A program made the translations under genes and the position numbers. 64,000 nucleotides of DNA, taken from the NCBI GenBank assembly GCA_044378415.1, contig JBILXO010000001.1, positions 11,130-75,129 on the forward strand. Direction: 5' to 3'. The notes beneath the pieces were generated by a model. It saw only the letters and a program-made list of their open reading frames with translations, did not search any database and was not told the DNA's origin. Shown here in pieces: positions 59,628 to 64,000 of the stretch; positions within the stretch are counted from its first letter, which is position 1, and each line of letters begins with the position of its first letter. Origin of the DNA: Holosporales bacterium. GTDB lineage: Bacteria > Pseudomonadota > Alphaproteobacteria > Holosporales > Holosporaceae.

Positions 59628-60590
59628 TCAAATCAGAGCAGCCATAATGGCCTTGGGGAAATCTTCGATGCTCAGGGATCCATCCAGAACCATGGATATG
59701 CTTTGGATAATGGGCGTGGGCACTGTCCAGTCAGGGGATCCAAGGGTGTGCTGCTGAAAGGCCCGCAAAGTATCCAGCCCCTCCACCAAGGACTTTGGCG
59801 ACTGGGGAAATAACTGCCCATAGGCCCGATTACGCCCCGCAGGACAATGGCTGGTCAAAATCAAGTCTCCGATCCCTGCAAAAGACAGCGCCGTAGAGCT
59901 CTTCCCACCCTTGGCATGAACGATGGCTGCGATTTCCTGGGTACTTAGCGTTAGAAAAGTGGCGGACATGTTGTGCCCCACCGCACTTTGCTGCAACAAT
60001 CCATACCCGATGGCCATCACATTTTTCAAGGCCCCCCACCATTGCACCCCCACCACATCTTGACAAGTTTGAATGCCAAGTGATGTGTTGGAAAACAGCG
60101 CCTTGCCCCCGACCAAAACTTCTTCATCGGCGCAAGCCATGGTCATGCCGCAACCTAGTCCATCTTCAATTTCCCTGGCAATGTTTGGACCGCTTAAAAC
60201 GCCCATGATGCAATGGGGGAAATAGGATGAAATTCCTGTACTTAGAATGGTTCCTGTTGCGCTGTCCAGACCTTTGGAAGCAATCCAACAGATGCGAGGG
60301 GTGATATTGGCTTCAAGCATGGAGCCACATACGCTGAGTGCGTGCTGGACAGCGATGGCTAGGATCATTTCACATTCTGGTGGAGCCGCATGTTTTAAAA
60401 GCGATGTCGTGCCAGGTTTTGGGGTGCGATTCCACAGGGTGACAGAGGTGCCGTTGCCCCGTATTGCATGGGCCAGCGCCGATCCCCAAGCACCAGCACC
60501 AAAAATAGAAATAGAGCGCCGGCTGGAATCACAACCAGATCCAGAATTTTGCTGCCTGTTGGAACTAGAGTGTGAGTCAGGATAATTCAT
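59628..60590 (-). CDS. gpsA: NAD(P)H-dependent glycerol-3-phosphate dehydrogenase
   Basis: ISIFGAGAWGSALAHAI Rossmann motif preceded by a ~25-aa S/N/Q-rich leader. The ORF track extends to 60662. Confidence 0.88.
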   Translation of the reverse strand: MNYPDSHSSSNRQQNSGSGCDSSRRSISIFGAGAWGSALAHAIRGNGTSVTLWNRTPKPGTTSLLKHAAPPECEMILAIAVQHALSVCGSMLEANITPRICWIASKGLDSATGTILSTGISSYFPHCIMGVLSGPNIAREIEDGLGCGMTMACADEEVLVGGKALFSNTSLGIQTCQDVVGVQWWGALKNVMAIGYGLLQQSAVGHNMSATFLTLSTQEIAAIVHAKGGKSSTALSFAGIGDLILTSHCPAGRNRAYGQLFPQSPKSLVEGLDTLRAFQQHTLGSPDWTVPTPIIQSISMVLDGSLSIEDFPKAIMAALI

Positions 60591-61260
60591 TGTGATTCCC
60601 AGTAGAATGGATGGTTTTTTGAACCTGACCAGATTTGATGGATCCACCCACCAGTGTACCAATTTTTACACTTAAAACCATTGGCCTATGGACACCGCCC
60701 CCCTTAGTAACAATAGTGTAATGTGCCTAGGTCACTTTGGTGCGTTGTATTTGTCTTTGTCTTTAAAATCATGGGCCCTCCATAAATATAAGGATAGGGG
60801 TGTATCTCGGTGCGCCTACATCCATGGCTCTGTAACCGGGGTTGGTCCCAGGGCATATAGGTATTGGAAAAAAGTAGGGCCTGTCAAACATTGTGAGTTG
60901 ACCTGAATGGTGCGGAAAAAAGGGGCCTGCAGCATAAAAATAGTTTTTAAAGGATGCCATTCTGAAAACCAAGATGGGTCATTTGTCCCAGGATAAGGCT
61001 GGCAGGATAAAGTGTATAGGGGTGGTATAGGGTTGGCAAGGAAAAGTGCATAGAGACAGAGTGTATAGGGGGGGGGCTAAGATAGTCTGCCCCCTATACA
61101 GACGCCGTTCATTCAGTTGTCCAAGCATCTAGGGCATATTCCCACACATGGCCCCCAATGAGTCAATGGCTGTATTTTGTGGGCCAACGCCACCAATACG
61201 CATGGCCCACATGACCCCATACACCCCAATACCACCAAAGAATGGCCCCAGTTGATTTTT

Positions 61261-61575
61261 CTAGGATGGATTGATTTTTTCGCGCAATGTGGATCCCGGA
61301 CGAAATGTTGGCACAACAGATGCTTTGACCTGAATTTCTTCACCGGTAGCAGGATTGCGAGCCGTACTGGCCTTGCGATCACGGGTGCTGAAAATGCCGA
61401 AACCTGTCAAACGCACGTCGTGCCTTTGATGCAAATGATTGGATACGATGTCAATAAAAGCATCGAGAACCCTGTCGACATCGTTTTGAGACATGTTGAT
61501 AGATTCACCAATATCTTTGACCAAGTTTTTCTTTGTAATTTTTGCACTTGTGGCATTTGTGCTTGTAACGGACAT
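61261..61575 (-). CDS. hup: HU/IHF-family DNA-binding protein
   Basis: LTGFGIFSTRDRKASTARNPATGEEIQVKASVVPTFRPGSTLRE beta-arm signature, with a 12-aa N-terminal extension. Confidence 0.85.
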   Translation of the reverse strand: MSVTSTNATSAKITKKNLVKDIGESINMSQNDVDRVLDAFIDIVSNHLHQRHDVRLTGFGIFSTRDRKASTARNPATGEEIQVKASVVPTFRPGSTLREKINPS

Positions 61576-61622
61576 GATAATTCTCCTAAAAAATAAAATA
61601 ATACAATCGGTTAAAGTTGATT

Positions 61623-63131
61623 TTAAAACTGGATTTTGACGCCTACAATGGCTGCGTTTGTAAATGTTTCCTTACCTGGAATGCCAGAAAATTCAAATTG
61701 TGTCAATGATGGAATCATGGACGTGGCATAAGCCCAATCTGGGTTGGTTAATTTAAATGTCCCAAGCTCTAAATAGGGGACAAATCCCGGAATAGAGTTG
61801 TACTGTGCAGACAAGACGTACCCTTTGCAGGCTGCTTTGTGGCTGGTGGTTTGACCTTCTCCTAGAAAACCAGTTTTTATGCTCGATTGCAAGTAGGAGA
61901 GGCTTATACCATAATCCAATCCAGTATAACCAATGCACAAAGTCAGTATTTTTCCATCACCTGCTTGGGCAGCTACATATTCCTTGGGCTCGAATGTTTG
62001 GTCCGAGCCGTTGAAATTAATGGTTCCAGGAGATACGCCCTGAACAGCAATGCTCCCATCTTCCTTGTTGATGATTGGATTGAAATCATTGGCAAGAGTG
62101 TGGGATTTTCCATTGTAGATGTACTCTGCTGCAAAGGAAATTGGGCCTAAAGACAGGGCACCCCCAATTTGCCAGGCTTGTGTATTGCAGCGATCCAGTT
62201 CGTTTCCGTTGATGGCTGGGGATCCCGCCTCTACAATTTTTCCAGTCTCAGGGTCTGTTATTTGAGATTTCGCATCTTGGGCAACCAGAGGCTTTTCAGC
62301 CTGTGTCGTGGCCTGGATGCGCACAAAGGACAAGCCAAAACTACCTTTTTCCCACTGCGTTAAATAATTTGCACCCAAGGACAAGCTGTTTAGATCAAAT
62401 GGCATAAAAGCCTCGCGCATTGGGGAAACCCCTGTATTCAGCGAAGTCTCTCCCCGATGAATGGCGTTGGGCGTATAGGATGTGGCCATTTGAATCCCCT
62501 TTAACGGCCCCTCTTTGATGCGGGCAGTGATGTATCGAATCTTTGTTGCAGTGGCCGTATCCCCCACCATACTGGGATAAGTCAAAACGCCAGTGGTTGG
62601 AGCGATAAATTTAAACATTGATCCTGCAACACCTCCCGAACCTTGCATAATGTCACAGGGACCCATGGAGGTAACTTCTTCAATACCATAAGTATTTCCC
62701 ATGGCAATGGTTCCTAACAAGGGGTGATCAACCAGGATATAGGCCTCTCTAACCTGGCCCCTAGCCCCAGCGCCTTGGTTAAGGTTAAGGGCACCAACAA
62801 GAGAAACCTTCCAATCGTTGCCTATGGCCCTAGATCCTATAATCTGGAATTTAGATCTATTGAGCACAAACATATTTGTGGCATTGAATGTTTCAAATGT
62901 CGTTGCCGGTTTATTTTGAAATAATTTTGAAATTCCTGCGCCACTAAATAAAAACGACTGTTGATTTTGGTTGGCTCCAAAGGGCATATCAAAGGACATG
63001 GCTCCGCTGAAAACCAGTTCATAGTCATTTTTACCAGATAAGCTTTTTGCTATGGTGGGAGAAGGTTCGCAAAGATTGGCCACTGGATACAGCCAAAGGC
63101 TGAAAACTGCCAAAAGAACTTTATTTCGCAT
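61623..63131 (-). CDS. Outer-membrane beta-barrel porin (family not assigned)
   Basis: 502-aa ORF with signal peptide MRNKVLLAVFSLWLYPVA, an alternating amphipathic strand pattern, G/Y/N/T-rich composition, and a C-terminal ...AIVGVKIQF ending in Phe. Confidence 0.55.
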   Translation of the reverse strand: MRNKVLLAVFSLWLYPVANLCEPSPTIAKSLSGKNDYELVFSGAMSFDMPFGANQNQQSFLFSGAGISKLFQNKPATTFETFNATNMFVLNRSKFQIIGSRAIGNDWKVSLVGALNLNQGAGARGQVREAYILVDHPLLGTIAMGNTYGIEEVTSMGPCDIMQGSGGVAGSMFKFIAPTTGVLTYPSMVGDTATATKIRYITARIKEGPLKGIQMATSYTPNAIHRGETSLNTGVSPMREAFMPFDLNSLSLGANYLTQWEKGSFGLSFVRIQATTQAEKPLVAQDAKSQITDPETGKIVEAGSPAINGNELDRCNTQAWQIGGALSLGPISFAAEYIYNGKSHTLANDFNPIINKEDGSIAVQGVSPGTINFNGSDQTFEPKEYVAAQAGDGKILTLCIGYTGLDYGISLSYLQSSIKTGFLGEGQTTSHKAACKGYVLSAQYNSIPGFVPYLELGTFKLTNPDWAYATSMIPSLTQFEFSGIPGKETFTNAAIVGVKIQF

Positions 63132-63305
63132 ATACGCCTATTTTCAATAATCTTCTACGTATATATCACGGGTTTTCCGATTAAACAAGGGAAAAGTTAC
63201 TCTTTCTTAGCTTTTTTTTTACCAAAAACTAAATTATTCCATTGGAAAATCAGAAAATTCATATATTACTAAATCTTAATTAATATAAAATAAACTAATT
63301 TTTAA

Positions 63306-64000
63306 CTATTGAAATAAAACAGATGTAAGTATATAATTTATTATAAGTATAAGTGTGCTAGATTGAACAACGCTGCGGGTGGTGGCGATACCCACACCCT
63401 GAGTTCCACCACTGGCATAATAGCCCTGGTAACACCCAACCAATCCAATGATGAGTCCAAAAATGCTGGCCTTGATCAAACCAGAGCATACGTCGGAAAA
63501 AACCAAAACGTCTAAAATTTTAGATATATATTGCCCAGATAACATGGAGCACTGCTGAGTGGCGATAATGCCACCTCCAAAAATACCAATAACATCGGCT
63601 AAAAAAATCAAAAAAGGCATGGCCATTGTTGCAGCCAACACCCTTGGAACCACCAAATAGCGCAAGGGATGGGTCGACAATGTCACCAGCGCATCAATTT
63701 GATCTGTCACACGCATGGTGGATATTTCCGCAGCCATGGCTGATCCCCACCGGCCGGCCATCATCAAACCACCTAAAACCGGGGCCAGTTCCCGTATTAT
63801 GGATAAAGTAACGATGTGGGGCAAAGTTGCTTCAGCGGAAAAGCTGGCAAAAGCAGAGGCGCTTTGCAAGGCCAAAACCATGCCAGTAAACAGAGCCGTT
63901 AAAGCCATTAATGGGATGGAATCAAAGGCCATAGAGCGCAAATGCCCCAGAAAAATCGTCCCATAAAAAGGTTTCTGAAGTCCAGCGGCCAAGGTGCGTA
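63306..64000 (-). CDS. mlaE: MlaE-family ABC transporter permease (phospholipid transport); the 5' end probably lies beyond the window
   Basis: ...IIRELAPVLGGLMMAGRWGSAMAAEISTMRVTDQIDAL... and C-terminal GGTQGVGIATTRSVVQSSTLILIINYILTSVLF are typical of MlaE/YrbE. The frame is open to base 64000. Confidence 0.8.
   Translation of the reverse strand, partial: RTLAAGLQKPFYGTIFLGHLRSMAFDSIPLMALTALFTGMVLALQSASAFASFSAEATLPHIVTLSIIRELAPVLGGLMMAGRWGSAMAAEISTMRVTDQIDALVTLSTHPLRYLVVPRVLAATMAMPFLIFLADVIGIFGGGIIATQQCSMLSGQYISKILDVLVFSDVCSGLIKASIFGLIIGLVGCYQGYYASGGTQGVGIATTRSVVQSSTLILIINYILTSVLFQ

Overview
This 64-kb chromosomal window looks like a moderately AT-rich, host-associated alphaproteobacterium. 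That call is an inference from gene content: a MucR/Ros regulator, a PopZ-like protein, CIRCE-controlled groESL, and many divergent housekeeping proteins with low-complexity extensions. It resembles Holosporales or Rickettsiales, but no database search was possible. About 35 recognisable housekeeping genes are present: kef-like, iscU-iscA-hscB, pepA, groES/EL, fabZ, PBP1A, rph-like, nrdB-tmk, bamE, uppP, comF, bolA, purC-like, mucR, truA, folC, rseP, an MFS transporter, lysC, fabK-like, lgt, tolC-like, popZ-like, pheS, two amidase_2 paralogs, rlmH, gpsA, hup, a porin and mlaE. They occur as singletons or very short operons separated by long gene-poor spacers. Canonical neighbours (iscS, nrdA, pheT, lpxA/lpxD, bamA) are missing from their usual positions. 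At least eight visibly AT-rich ORFan genes, each opening with a Sec-type signal peptide, are interleaved with them. There are two tRNAs (Val-UAC, Pro-UGG). I recognised no rRNA, CRISPR array, transposase, integrase or phage gene. The most interesting items are listed below.

- **Prion-like secreted protein:** it has a ~135-residue Gln/Trp/Tyr repeat domain and sits in an AT-rich cassette bracketed by 103-bp direct repeats that duplicate the bolA 3' end.
- **UIM protein:** a secreted protein ending in eukaryote-type ubiquitin-interacting motifs.
- **Charge-block protein:** a secreted protein with an NLS-like K/R tract.
- **Gene-fragment duplications:** duplications of gene ends or flanks occur at bolA, popZ and around rlmH (the last as an inverted pair).
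- **Hairpin family:** a recurring G-tract/C-tract hairpin design in intergenic DNA.
- **Degenerate or extended housekeeping genes:** rph-like and purC-like genes with degenerate catalytic motifs, and in-frame repeat expansions in PBP1A and TruA.

All functional calls rest on motif recognition by eye. Start codons are often ambiguous, and line-derived coordinates may be off by 1-2 nt.
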